Source: an uncultured Planctomycetales bacterium
GTDB lineage: Bacteria; Omnitrophota; Gorgyraeia; Zapsychrales; JANLHA01
Length of the DNA: 64,000 bases
Assembly (NCBI GenBank): GCA_964374105.1
Contig: CAYJXI010000001.1
Location: forward strand, 71,743 to 135,742
Direction: 5' to 3'
Part shown: one piece after another, positions 1 to 15,000 of the stretch
How the letters are laid out: each line of letters starts with the position of its first letter
Numbering within the stretch: position 1 is the stretch's first letter
The notes under the pieces: model-generated
Database searches by the model: none
The model's input: the letters and a program-made list of their open reading frames with translations, nothing else
Told to the model about the DNA's origin: nothing
Program-made: the position numbers and the translations under genes

Positions 1-3000
1 GTTGAACTAGGGGAGGTGAAGAAACGATACGATGAATTTTACAACCTCGTTTATTACGCGGTTAAGAATCAGGGAATCGCCTATCTCGATATAAAGAAAG
101 AAGAAGGAATCGTTTATTTGGTTGTGGAATGGACCAATTCTTTGATGGGGGTTAAAGAATCGGTATTCCGACTGGATCCCCAACACAGATTTAGCGAGAC
201 CTTAAAGAGACTTTGGAAAGAAACCATTATTAATATGGAAAAAGACGGTCAGATTGTCAAAGAAGTGCAGATGGAGTCCAATTATAAGACTTTAAGATTA
301 ACAAAGAATAAGAACGAAATGATTGCGGTTTTGAATGCCTTTTTGACCTACCTTGCTCAACACAAGATTGTCTTGGATGAATCAACCCAAATCCCAGAGT
401 TGGTTTATGGATTCTCGGAAAAATTGAAGAATACACTCCTTGGAGACTGGGGCGAGCCAACCTGGAAGGAGATCTGGTTATCGGAAGAAGAGTCGGCTCG
501 GTTTCACAAAAAAGTCACAAAAAAGAAAGGCAAGGAAACCCCTGAAAAGAAACCAGAAGAAACGAAACCCAAACGTCAGATTGATCCATTGACAGTTAAG
601 CTTAAAGGGATCTTCACCGAAGAGCTCACGAAATTAAGGAATCATAAACTTATTCGAGAGGTGTCATCCGTTAAAGTCTCGGATGAGGTTTTGGATGGAT
701 TACGCAAAATCGATGAGATCCTTGAAGGAATAGCTAAATTAAGTAAACACGCTTTCCCAACAAGATTCAAGAACTGGCTTGAGGAGTTAAGTGATTTAAG
801 CCATGGGGCCTTTAGATTATCATCGGGAATCGTATCAAGGCATATGATAACACATGATTTTGAAGGCTCAATAATCCATTTGAATTCCTATGCAGTATTA
901 GTGAACATGACCTATCAGGCCATCCGGGTGAGGAGCTTAAGGGCCGGCTTGGATGCAGGCACAAAAGAAGTCGAACTCGTGTTTGGCCCCTCCCAAGAAG
1001 GGTCTTACCAACAAACAGATAAGATTTGGCCTGTTTCCGATCCAGGGAAATATGAATCTGATTTTGAAGATTTGTTGAAGGCTTTGGAGGAATATTCAGA
1101 ACACTTCAAGAAAATAGCTGCCTTAGACCAAACCTACAATGTGATCTTGAAAGAATTGACAGAAGAAGGCCAAGTGCTTCTTAAGGATCGCGATGGGTTT
1201 ACTAAACCACTCACTGAAGGCAAGGTCGGTCTTACGCCAGAATATCAACTGAAATTCGAGGTGTTTGTAAACCGATTAGCCATCAAGATGTGGCTTACCC
1301 ATAATCTGGTTTGGACCGTAGAAAAGAAAGAGCAAGAACCTGCGATTTCCCATCGCTTTGAAATCCTGGGATTGATTCAGCAAAACCTGGTTGTCCTTCT
1401 TAAAACCCTGGGTATTCATAAAGTCAATGTGCAGAAACTCTTTGATAATGACTTTAGAATCTTTGTGGAACCAGAAAAAAGAAAGTCATCCTTTGACAAA
1501 GATGACGAACTCGTTGATGAGCACCGGCAACTCCTGTTGGAGATTTTAAGAGACTTTAAGCAAAGAGAAGAGATGAATGTTTATTTGGATATCTTCCAAT
1601 TCATGTTCAAACGAATTGTTGAACTCGGGTTGAACGCGAAAGGAGAGTTGGAGGAAGCGGAATTTGCGGTGACAGTGGCGGCTCAATTCCTGAAACATTT
1701 CTTTTCCATCCCGGCGATGTTCAACCAAAATCAAAGGATTGAGCTGGCCCTCAAAGAAGTCGCCAAAACCAGGAATGATCTGGCCATGATGCTGGCCATG
1801 GCTCAAGGAAGAAGTTGGGTGAATCAATTTGAAGGCCTCGTTCATTTGACAGAACTGGCCCTCTTGGCAGCCAATCCCCAGGCTTTAGAAATTCTTAATA
1901 AATTAGCCCGGGTGGCGGCTATTGACGATGCGAAAAGGCTGGATAATCCATCAGTAGTTTCTCAGCTTATCCAATTCCCATATAAGATCAATGATGATTC
2001 CACCATCAATGAAAAAGATTATGTGGATCTGGCAACGGGATATCAAGGGGTCTGGGCCTTGAGGGATTTAGAGACGGCCAAGAAGCGTAAGTTCATCTTT
2101 GTCGATTACAATCCGTTTGTTGCGGCTTATTTAGACAAGGCTGTCTCAGTCCGTGGACAGGAAGATCATATCAAAGTTATTGAAGCCAATGTCTTACTTT
2201 TAGACGAACACTTTGAGAAAGAAAGCATTGGGACGTTGCACTTAAGGGAGATCTTCCAGCACATTACGGAATTCCCGGCCGATTGGTATAAGAGATTAGC
2301 GGATTTGGTCACACCGGGTGGGGAAATTATTGTCGCTTATGAAGAGCCGGGGCTCGTCCAATCGGAGCCTCTTCAGTTAACGGCAATGGCGGGTAATAGA
2401 AAGTCTGGTGATGAGATTTTATTAGGCCTGCTTGATTTAGTTATCAAAGATCATTGGACAGTCAAATATGGTCACATCAATCCTCAAGGAGAATTCATCG
2501 AGAGGATGACCGGTTACCAAAGAGAAAATGCACCTTCCATCAATACTGTGTTTATCTTCACCAAACCCAAAACCCCAATGAAACCTCAGACGATTCAGTT
2601 TAAGAAGATCTTTACCGAAGAGCTGGAATGGTTCCTGCAACATGAGCTTATCGTTAGGTTATCAAAAGTTTCTGTGCCTCAAGAAGTCAAAGAGGGACTA
2701 GAGAAAGTCAAAGATATCTTGGCTCAGATCTCGCAGTTAGGCAAACATGCTTTCCCTGCCAGATATGAGAGTCTACTGGAAGAATTAAGCCAGCTGAGTG
2801 ACCGCGCCTTCCATCTGGCTTCCGAAACAGCGGTTTCACAATATACCAAACAAGTCATTGAATCAGAAGGCATCAGCATCGAAATGATCAATGATACCAA
2901 TACTTACGCAAGCCTTCTTACCATGACCTATCGTGCCATCAGGGTTAGGAGCATACGATTAGGTCTTAAGGTTGACTTGAAAGAGGTGGATCTCGTCTTT

Positions 3001-6000
3001 GGTCCTGCTGTATCTGGGGACTGGAAAATGAGAGAAGAGATTCTGCCACTAAAAGAAGTGGCGGACTATCAATCGAGCCTTAAGGAGCTTGAAGCTTCCA
3101 TTAACGCATTGATTGAATATTATCAAGCTACGGAAATGGCTTCGAATTTTACTCAGATCTTAAGAAATCTTGTTGAGGAGATTGAGGGTCTCTTGTTGGA
3201 CAAGGGAGGATATACAACGAGAATAAAAGAGGGTCAAAGCGGTTTAACAAAGGATTATCGGATTCGATTGGAAAGACTGGTCAATCGCTTATCCGGCATG
3301 ATGTGGGTGACACACAACTTGATGTGGTTTAGTAAGAAAACAAAAGACAAACCGGACCCGTCCAAACGCTACGACCTTCATGGATGGATTGAACAAAGTT
3401 TAGTACGCCTCTTAAATAACCTTGGGATCAAAGAAGTCAATATCCCGAAACTCTTTGATTACGATTACCGGGTCTTTGTCAGGGAAAACAATCGAAAACC
3501 GCCTCAAACCAAAGAAGATTATCTCATCGAGAAATTAAGGCAGTTGATAGGGGATATTTATCAATTCATGACAACGAGAGATGAACTCAAAGAATATCTC
3601 TTGCAGTTGAACAAAATCAAAGAGACCCTTCAGCAGACTGGGATGTTGCCTAAAGACGGCGAGTTAGAAGGGATGGACTTCCTGGTGAGTGTGGCGGCTA
3701 TCTTCATCAAACAATATTCTGAAACTCCCAAGACATCGAGTGAAAGAGTGCGTATAGAAATGGCCTTAGGAAAATTTCGTAACCAGATGGGCGAATTATC
3801 CTTTATAAGATTATTCCAGGACACAGGAGAGTTCACGGCCTTTAAGGGATTGGTCGATTTAGCTCATAAAGCTTCTCTTCAGATTGATCAAGAGGTTAAA
3901 GAGTTCATTGAAAAGCTTGCCCGTTACCAGGCGATCAAAGATACTTTTCAGCTTAAGAATCCTACGACGGCCTTAAGTTCCTTGCCTTATAAGACGATTC
4001 TTGATTTTGACAACCTTAACGTGAATCTATTCCCGTATGTGGATTTGGCACCGGGGTATCAGGGGATTTACTTCTTGCCTGATTTGAAACAACCGGAAGG
4101 CCGCCGGTTTGTTTTGGTGGACAAGGACCTTTTTGTAACAGCTTATTTGAAAAAGGCCATTGACATCCTGGATCGCCAAGATCATGTGGAAGTTTGGCAA
4201 AAAGATGTTTACGAACTGGATCAGGTTTTTGCTAAGGAAAGTATCGGGACCTTAAGGTTAAGGTCAGGGATCTTCAATTATATTGTTGAGGATGTGGCTC
4301 ATTGGCAGAAGCTGGATTGGCATAAGAAGCTGGCTGATTTGATTGTCCCCGGCGGTCAGATCATCCTGGCCGTCAAGATGAATTCGAAATCCTCCCAACC
4401 CTTGAGATTGAAAGATATATTTGAGCTGGGTGAAGGGAAAGAAAATTATGTGTTGGATATCAGATTTTTAAAATCTCTCTTTGAAGATCTGGTCAAAAGG
4501 CAGAACTGGGAATTGAAATCAGGGCATATCAATGCGCAAGGTGAATTCGTGGAAGGAATGACCGGTTATATCAAAGAGGACGGGACAAGTATCGATACCT
4601 TATTGATTTTCACCAAACCCCGGCCAAAAGTTATTAAGGAAGAAAGAGAGAAAGAAGCGCAAGAAAAGACACCCATCGATGAAAGTATCAATCCCATGGC
4701 CGTTAAGTTAAAGGCCATATTCTTGGAAGAATTAACTTCTATTTTTGAGCATGCGTTGATGAAACAAGGTGTTCCGGAAGGAAAGAAAATTCCTAAGGAA
4801 TTTGAGCAGGCTATCTACTCCGTCAATTCGATCATCAAGGACATTCAAAATATCAAGGTTAAAAATTATGATCCAGAGAAGTTTATCAACGCCCTTGAAG
4901 TTTTAAGATACTGGTCTGAAAGATTAATGAGTCATCTCATACAGTTAAAGGATCCTAATCTGCCCATAGGTTATCTCGATGGGGTTACCTTTTTGATAAA
5001 GCAGGCTTATCGGGTTATCACCGTAAGGGTTTTAAGGGCGGGACTTGTTATCCCCAACCCTGAGACGGAACCGGTTTTTGGACCTTCGCCCAATGGTTCT
5101 TTTGTATTGGCTGATGAAGTCAAACCGATTTCGGATGAGGCGGAATTTAAGAATCGATTAGAAGCCTTAAGCACGGCCTTGGGAGAATATGAACTTTTCT
5201 ATCGTCCCGGTTCTTTCGTGCAAGAAGTCGCCGGGGTATTTGAAGTAATCATCGTTGATCTTTTGAAGGAAGTTGACCCATTATTGTTGTCTACTGATGT
5301 TAAACGTTTGGGTGAGATAGGCTCCAAAGGTCAATTGGGGATGGATTTAGATTACCAATTTAAGCTTGAGATCGCCATTGAAAAGATCCTGACAACGATT
5401 ATCTATGGCAAGAAAATGTTCTGGCCGGGGAGACTCCAGTCAACCCAGGATTATTGGGAATTAATCGCTCATGTTCAAAAAGGGGTGGTGGATGTACTTT
5501 ACGCGGCCGGCCTAGACAATGTTAACGTTCTCAAACTCTTTGGTTTCGATTATCGCCATTATCTTGAACCCGAAGGCATGCCGCTTAAACAACATAAAGA
5601 CCGCCATCTCGTTGCGGAGAAAAGGGAATTGATCTTTACGATCAGTGAAGGTCTAATGAAAAGAACCGATTTAAAACCCTATGTGGCGTTTCTTGATCAG
5701 ATCGTAGATCGATTGCAGACCGTAGGCATCATAGGGAAATCTGAGATCCAAAGAGCGGAAACACATACAATATATTCCTCTCTATTCCTACTTTTCTATT
5801 TTGCCGCACCTCATCATGAAGATCGTAAGAAGAAAATTGAAGAAGCCTTTGAGGTTCTGGTGACAAGACGTGGAGAATTCAAAGGACTGGCTCCTTTATT
5901 GGGCAAAGATGCGAATTATTATATTAGACAATTTACTTTACTGATCGATTTAGTGGATAAGGTATCGCAAGATCCCAATGCTTCTTTACTGGTAGAGATG

Positions 6001-9000
6001 ATGGCGGAGTATATGGCCTTAGATGGGGTCATGGATCTTGAAGATCCAAAAACGCTTAATTTCCGATTGCCGTTGAGTGCAAAAAGGGATGAAAAGGATA
6101 TCTTCTCTTATGTTGAATCTTATCCTTATGTGGATTTGGCTACCGGACCTCGAGGGATTCTTTACTTGAAGGATCTCAGCGGATTTAAACACAGACAATT
6201 CATATTTGTTGATAATGAATCGTTTGTCGTGACTTATCTTAAGAACGCTATTGAGCTTCTAGGTGTAGGTACCCACGTCAAAGTTAATAACATCAATATT
6301 CGGGAAATGTCTAAACATTTTGAGAAAAAGAGCATAGGGACTCTGCATTTGAGGGAGGTCAGAGAGCATGTTGAGGATATCTGGAGTTATGTGCCGGAAG
6401 ATTGGGAATCCTTAGCCGACCTCATTGCGGATGACGGCCTCTTGATTGTGTCGGAACACATTTTGGCTTGGGAAAAATCAAGGGCTTTCAGTCTTGAAGA
6501 TTTCGCTAAGTCAAGCACGATGAGTGGTGATTTTGTATCAGAGTTCTATGAACATTTTGTCAAAACCGGTCGCTGGCAGGTCAAATTCGGACATTTCACT
6601 CCCCAAGGTCACTTTGTTGAAGGTTATTCCGGATATCATGTTAAAGAAAACGATCTTACTGTTGATACAGTGGCTATCTTTTACAAGCACCCCCAAGAAA
6701 CACCGAAGGAAGAAAGATCAGCCAAACCAGAAGATAAGGGGAAGGAAAAACCAACAGATGAAGGCGAAGAAGAAAGGGGTGAGTTCATCCTCATTGAACC
6801 AGATCTGATTGTCATTGATGCCAACAAATTAGCCGTCATTACCGTTGAGCCTTCAAGAACACAAGAGGTATTAAAGAATCTGACCAATCCACTCTTGGCT
6901 AACAGGCGTGTTAAGCCGGTGGTGATCAGAGTTGAGGCAGCCACTTTAGGACAAAAGGAGGCCTTAGAGACTGTTGGCCTCGTCCATGTTAAGGAGTTCC
7001 AAGAAAGCCAACAGCACCGCTTAAAGACATTGCAGAAACAAATCCGTTATGCCGTCAAGAATAATGAGATCAAAAGAATAGAGGTTAGAAGCAAAGATAA
7101 GGATTCTATTTTACTGACCGTGATTTGGCAAAAGGATTTGCGCGGGATCGCCAGTTCGATCTTCAGCTTCAATCTTAAACAAGAATACAGTGATGCCTTT
7201 GCCTCGCTCTGGGAGGTTAAAGATGACGGAACAGTTGAATCTAATTGGGGGGCCTTAACGAAAGCCCGGGGTGGAAAGGCCTTGCAGGATTCCCTCAAGG
7301 CCTTTGCAGAATATTATAGGGAAGGATCGTTAGAATTAGATGCCACAACCAAGATCCATAAATTTACCTTCGGATTCAGTGAGGCTATCCTGAAAGCTAA
7401 ATTCAGGGAATCGAAAGATAAGGACATCTGGTGGTCTGAGGAAACGTATGAAGATTATCTTAAGAAATCCCAAGATCCACGATATAAGATCAAGAAGATC
7501 GAAGACGAGCCCTCTGTACCGGAAGAAAAGAAACCTAAACTCAAGTACAAAGATCATCCATTGGCTATCAAGCTCATTACGATCTTTGAGGCAGAACTTA
7601 ATAAGATCGTTAAAGGCAAATTATTCTTAAATCTCAGCGAGACAATTAAGGAACCGGAATTTAAAGAATATCTTAAGGAATTGTTGGCCATCCAAGAGAG
7701 AATCGAAATACTTAAAACCTTAGATTATGAACCTCAAGATCACCTTAAGTGGATTAATTCCTTAGAGACATTGGCCAAACAGTTCAGGGGTTATTCTATT
7801 CATATTGAGAGGGTCGCAATGGTCATGGGCTTTAATGCCGATGTCAATAAAGCCAATACCTTAAGCCTGCAGATAGACATGGCCTTGATGACGATCCTCA
7901 TCCACAGTTTAAGATGGGGACTCCTCAAAAATTCTGATTTCATTCATCCTGTCTTTGGACCCAGCCCGGATGGTTTGTGGCTGCAGGGATCAACAGCATG
8001 GACTTTTGATCGATTGGATCAATTCCTTTTGCATCTTAAGGCCTTAAAAGAATATTTGGAAAGCATCGCCTCCTTCAATGCCCAATATGCCGAACTAAGC
8101 GAAACCTTAAACGAATTTTATCGAGAATTGATAGCAGAGATTGATCATTTCCTGTCCGATAAGAAACAATATGAAACAGCTACAGAGGCAGGTAAGGCGG
8201 CAAGTTTAACACCTGAATTTCAGCTGACACTGGAGGTCTTCTTTGAGAAACTCGCCCTTGTTTTACGGCACGATTATACAAGGGAATGGTTACTGGGCAA
8301 GCCGCAGATTCGTCATCGAAATCGCAGTTTGTTTGCTTTAGTTCAGAATGAAACTGCGCAAATCCTAGCCGATATGGGGATTGCCCCCGAACACATTCAC
8401 ATCCCAGCATTGTTCGGTTTTGAGGCCCGGATGTATTTGCTGGATACAAAGGGCTTCCAGCCCATCGATCAAGTCGGCCAGCTCTTAAAAGAAAGGCTTA
8501 AGCTCAGAGAAGAAATCAATCAATTGTTAGAAAAACGCAGAGAAAAGCTTCAGCCGTTGTTTGTTCTGCTGGAGCTCATTGAAGAAGCCAGCAGTGAGAT
8601 CCCAGAGATCAAATCTTTTATTCAAATACAACCTGATCTGAAGATTCAGTTAGCCTCCTTGATACTGAAATATTATCATCAGACTCCCACCACTCAAACC
8701 CTGGAGACCAGGATCACCGAAGCGATTAAGACCTTTAAACAAGAGCATCTGGAAATGAGATTATTGGATGTCCTCTTTAGTACAAAAGATCTATTTGAGG
8801 CGGCTTTGAGTTTAGTCAACTTAGCTGAAAACTATCCATCCGATGAAGTTTCTTCCTCGATCGTTGAGAGTCTGGCTTGGTATCAGGCGATTTTTGATAT
8901 TCTGGTTTTGGAAGAAAGAAAAATCACAAAGAAATTGGTGCCGCTTAAAGTACCCTCAACAGAAAATGGATCGAATAACCTTTCAGCTGGCAGTAATGGT

Positions 9001-12000
9001 CTTAAACCCTATGTCATATTGGCGGTTGGCTTAGAGGGCATATTATATCTTAAGGATCTTCAACAGACATATAATCGCCAGTTTATTTTCGTTGAGAACT
9101 CTTTTTATATTGCCTCTTATCTAGAAAAAGGAATTCAAATACATCATCTCAAAGACGTCCAGGTCATAAAAACGGATACGAGACGATTAGAACACGTTTT
9201 TGAAGGAGGGAGCATTGGAACATTAAAATTGCAGAATATGTCGAAATTCATTGAAGAGGTATCTTCCGATTGGCCAAAGGTCTTGACTAAACTCTTAACA
9301 CCGGGCGGCCAGATCATTATTACTCTTGAGCCCCGAGGGGAAAAGTCCGAAGCCTTTGAATTGGAGGAGATGCTCTTAGAGGAAGGCTCGCCTATCGAGG
9401 TTTCTTTAGAGTTACAGTTAGTTGACATCTTAGATCAGACCGGAGAATTCGAATTGACTTATGGCCATGAATCTCCCACCCGTGGATTTGTTCATGCCGA
9501 ATCGGGTTATCGGCAAAAGGGCAAGGCGGATATCGAAACACTTTTTGTCTTTACAAAACGGATGATCGATCAATTAGAGGAAGAGGCTAGGAAGGCCGAG
9601 GGAGTCATCGAAGAAGCAGAGTTGAGATTGAAACTCCGTCCGGAAGATATGACGTTAGAGGAAGAGTTGGCCAAGTTACAAAGTAAACTTCATATTCACT
9701 GGGGAGATGAGGTGGATGATTATGTGAGCCATCGCACCATCCGATATCTTATCAAAAGACTATCAGAGATCACCGGTATCCCAGTTTGGAATCTAGGCCA
9801 CAATGAGTTTTTAAACAAACATCCTGATATCAGCAATGAAGAAAGAAACCGCTCCTTATCAGGGTTATATTCTTATTATCATCGAAAGAAGTTGGAGGGC
9901 GATATAAAATACCGGGCCTTAGAAGTGATTTTGGCCCATATTGGCCTTTTAGGAGAACAAATCTATAAGAATTCTCAACCCCAAGAAGAGACAGCCTGGC
10001 AGAGATTAGAACATTTTGTTGAGATCCTTGGGGTCAAACGACTTTATGTGGATTTGGATGAAACCTTATTCTGGCCGCAAGGGTGGGTCGGATCAGAAGA
10101 CTGGTTGGCCACAAGATTCCAAGAGACCGAACAGCCTATGCACGAACTTGTTAAACACGAAGAACGGATGATCAAAGCAGGCCTGCCTGCCGGACAGGCA
10201 GGGTATATTGTTGCTACCGATCCACACGTCAAGGATGTGCTTGAACGATTGCAATCGAAAAATATTGAAGTGATTGGCTTGACCGCCAGAAGCATTCGTT
10301 CCAAACCCAGGGTAGAATCGATCTTAAAAGTTTTAAAGATTAACATCCCGGTGATTTACGTAGGAAGGCAAAGGGCCGTCCATAAAGTCATCAGGCTAGA
10401 GAGAGATTTAGCCAAAAATAGGGTGAAGAGCCTATTTGTAGATAACCGCCCAGATGTTATTGAGGCTGCTGAGAAAAAGAAGATCCCGGAATTGAAGGTA
10501 GCGATTTTTGAGGCCAATCGTCATCCTCAGTGGAAAAACCCATTCTGGTACGTTAAAGAGGCCTCTGCCCAAATCGAGAATAAGAATTACCTCATGGCTC
10601 AAGAAGATCTCATCAATGCCTTAGAACTTTCTTCTCGGGTCGAGATGTCTCAAGAGGCCCGGGTTAAGCTTTATAGTGAGATTATGACCCTTATTGAACG
10701 AATGAGGAAAGAAAATGCTATTGACTTGTTTACCTTACTGCATTCCTTGTTAAGGAGTATGGTTAATCTTTTGATCCTACGTAACCAGCAGGAAAGGCCT
10801 GAAACCTTAACGCCGGAATTTCGAAAGATGCTGGAGAAATTCTTCCTCATTTACTTCCCTGAAAACGGTCAGCATATGGTGCGTTATTATGAAGATGGTT
10901 TGATCCTCATAAGGAAGCGAAAGGCCCGCGCTCAGGGAGAAGAATACTATTTTGTTGTGGAGGAAATGAATCTCTTTGCTTACCTTGAACCGGTCTTGAA
11001 GATGATTCTAAAAGAAAAGCCAGATAAGATTATTTTTGTTGATACCGGGGCTCGTCCTTTAAGCTGGGCCGTGGATATCTTTATTAAGCAATTTAGGACG
11101 CTCTTAAGAAAAGATACCAGCATCCATCTTTTGCCTTTGAGTCTTAAGAATAGCGGGGATACCTTAAAGAGTACGCGCTACTGGTTAAAATTGGCTAAAG
11201 CCTATCAGGAAGGTAGCCTTAAAGTAGATCATCTGAAACCCGAAGAACGAAAAGCCGTGTTGGCTTTTGCAAAACTCCTGCCTTTAGAAAATCAGACAAT
11301 CCTTGTTGTGGACGACAATATGGTCTCCGGAGATACCCTAGATATTGCTTATCACAGTTTGGCGGAATTCAATATCAAGGAATTAATGGGGTCGGTCATC
11401 TTTAGCTACCGCGATGGCAAGATTAAACGCAAAGAAGTGACCTCAACCTATATTGTTCCCGGCCAATTCAATTGGTACCGTAAAGTCATGCCGGTTGGGA
11501 TGAGATCAATTTGGGAAGCGGATATTACCTTAAGAGGAATCAAAGAGAGAACCAAATACAGTGCCGATCCCATCTCAGAAGACTTGACTCCTCAAGACGA
11601 AGAATATGCAAGATACATGCGCTTTAAAGAAAGACTGCTCTCTACTTTCCGGGAACATCTTAACCGTTACCGGGAGTATCTTTTGGAAGAACCCGGTGTG
11701 CAAACAGCGCCCCGTATCTACAAAAAAGGCGATTATGATCTTAAAGATGATCTAGAAGAGAGACTCGCTAAGTATGATCACAAGCTTCTACAAACGGCAT
11801 TCCCTGAATTTACTTTGAACACCGCTCAGGCCGAGTGGCGATTCACCCCCGTGTGGACATCTAAAGAATTGCGAGAATATGTTAATCGGGAGGAGGCCAG
11901 ACCTTCTGAACACTTGGCGGATCAATTGCTTTATAAAGATCTGGTCATTTATAGGATTTATAAGAAAGAGACGAAGGCAGATATAAAGCAGAGAGCGAGT

Positions 12001-15000
12001 TATTTGGCGAAGTTCCTTGCCGCCCTCAAGCGTAAGCCTCCTGCTGCAGAGGAACCGGTGGGGGTTTTGGAGATTATTATGGGTAAGATGTCGAATCGAG
12101 GTGAAAATGCCCTCGTCATAGAATATATCGATTTACAGAGAGGTTTAGATATCGATTATGCCGAATTTCTATCGGCTTTGATTGAGAAACTCAAAGAAAT
12201 GGCCCATACTAAGGAAGCCACCTTTATTTTGAAGCCGGTCATGGCCTGGTCCCTTTATGGCTTACCGGAAATCGGCGAGGTTTTAGCGCGCGCCCCATTG
12301 TTTAAATATGCACCGCTTCTTTATGAGGTTGTTTATCCTCGGGAGGTGGAAGAAATGATGCTGGATCTTCAGGCCGGCAATACAAAGGTGGCAGAAGATG
12401 TTCACAGACGACTATCAAACTTTTTGGATCAGCCTCGTCAAGTCACTTATGCGGATGATGAGGTCTTAAGAAGATATCAAGAAGGATTGCAGGCCCTGGC
12501 CAAGACTGGGGTTGCCGATCCTCATTGGCCTAAACTCTTGCGTTATCGGTTCAATGCCCTCTCGCGGAATCGCTTTAAAGTCCTTCACCGAGATGTCCCA
12601 GAAGGTGTCAAACGCAACCTCGCCCCCTACCGAGAAAGACTTGAAGCCATCAAGCCTTTCTTAATCGATGAACATGAACGGGACATCGCCCTTTCCATGG
12701 AACGCTATCTTGAGGTGGGCTTAAAGCCGTTATTTGTCCATAAGATCTTTTTGGGAAGAATAGAAACCCGCCTGGAATTCGCACAGAATCCAAATTATGT
12801 ACCGGTTGATTGGCAAGTGCAGTTCTTTGATCGAAGAAGCACATTTGCCTCCTGGAACTTAAACGAAAAGTATGCTTATCAGGCCTTGGAGTTTTATCAT
12901 ATCAAATTGGAAATGAGTGATGAAGAAATCATACCTAAATATCCGCAAGGTTTCTTTAAGGCAGAGGCGGGTTTCATTCGCGGTTCTGCTATCATGAAAT
13001 ATGTTATTGAAACGAAATTGGGGATCATAGATCTAACCAAACTCAATCGCAATCTTTTCTATGAACACGAGATCCATATTCCTTGGGAGCGGGTGTTTGA
13101 GAGAGATATCTTTAAACTGGCGGAAGTGATCTATCCGGGTCAATATGAATTGGATGACAAAGGGAGATTGTCTCCTCGGGCTTTGACCGTAGATGAAATC
13201 ATCCGGTGGATCAATGGCAAATTGAAGCTTGTTCCTGGGCGAGTCTTGGCGGGACAATTTGAATTTGATGAAAATGTCTCAAAGATCATCCTCGAAAGTC
13301 AAAAGTGGGGATCTCAATTCTTAAATATTCCTAAGAAACATATCGAAAAAATTGAACTAGCAGGGATAGAAAAAGTTGTGATCGCCACCTTTGAAGATAT
13401 GAATCTTGGACTTCTGTTGGGGGTATTCCTTAAAGAAGATTGGGAGGAATTTCAAAAAGGTAACAACCGTTTAATGCCATTGAGTGTCTATGCTTATTCA
13501 CAGAAATTCGAGAAAGCTCTTCTTGTTAAACCCTTTATCTTTGATCTTTATAAATTGCAGCAAGGACAGAAAATTCAGGCAAGGTCTGAAGGTCATCCAT
13601 GGAGTTATCGCAGGGCAAAGATTTATTTAAGACCATCGACAACTGTTCTTTCAGACAAGGTCCATGCAAGGTTAGAATTTTACTCCTATGATTTTGGAAT
13701 TCGAGCGAGCTTGAATTTTGCCCTTGATCAAAAAGACGTGGATCGTCTGGTCTTAAAGAATGAGGGGCTAGTTTATGTTGCCATTCTTAACGATCAAAAT
13801 CATGGACCCATGGTTATGGTTTTAAGACAGGAAGACTTTAATCCTACCACCGCGAAAATTTTAAACAAACCCCTTGCGACATTCGTATATCTGGGTGAGG
13901 AGGATGGGAAATTCATGGAAGTGGATTTGGCCCTCTTGGATATCTTGGCCTTTGCACAAGGGAGAAAGGATCTCACGGATTTGAAGCGAGGTCTTACCGA
14001 GACTGTTACCGTAGAAGAGTCAGGCCAAGGATCCTTAAACTTAAATTTAAATGCCGGCAAATCTTTTGATAAGAAAGCGAACTTCGATTTTACTAAAGAA
14101 GAAGTTGATAATTTTGATTTGGCTCATCAACCGGTGATTCTCGAATTGAAATATGATATGGATTACGGCTCTTATATATCCATTTCCACTGAAACGAATG
14201 AACAAAGAAGTCTTTTGGGGACATACTTAAAGGTAGAGCATCGTTTAAAGAAAATTGTTCGGGTGAATTTCAACCGCGAGTCCCTGATTGATTATGTTCA
14301 CGGACGAAGGAATATCCGGGGAGAAGAAATAGAGCCTCGAATTTATGTGTATCGAAGAAAGATTGCGAAAGAAGGCGTCATTCAATTGAGAAGTCTTTAC
14401 AATTATGTAATTCGCATCCATGGACTGGAAAACTTAGAAGGCAAATCGGTTGTCTTTCTCCCAGAATACAATCTTCAGTATCGTTGGATATTTAAGGCCC
14501 ATGACCTTGAGGATTACGAAAGGGAACGTAAGAAATATGGAGAGATCAGAAGAAAACCAGATGTGATTCTCGTGAGAGACATGAATCGAAAGGCCCTTAT
14601 CCCCTTAACGGAATATCAGACCAGGATTATTACCGAAGAACAAAGGGAACGCTTCCGGCAGATGATCGAAGAGATGGGCTTAGAGAGGTTTTTAAGAAGT
14701 CAGGGAGGGCGCATTGACCCATCCCTTTATCGATATATCTTGGCCAAATACCCAGGTGAATTTGATTTAACCAAGATCATTATTCTTATCCAAGAATGGT
14801 TGCATCGGTTACCGAAATTAAAGAAACCTAAAGAGGAGGAGGGTCCAGGGGTTGATGTTATTCCGCCAGGGCCGACAAAACCGCCGGCCGGACCCAGGAA
14901 ACCTAAAGTCAAACCTGAAGAGAAAGAAGAGACCGCAGCAGAACACATTCGACAGGCCATTTTGGCTAAGTCCATTATGATCCGAAAGGACGCCTATCGT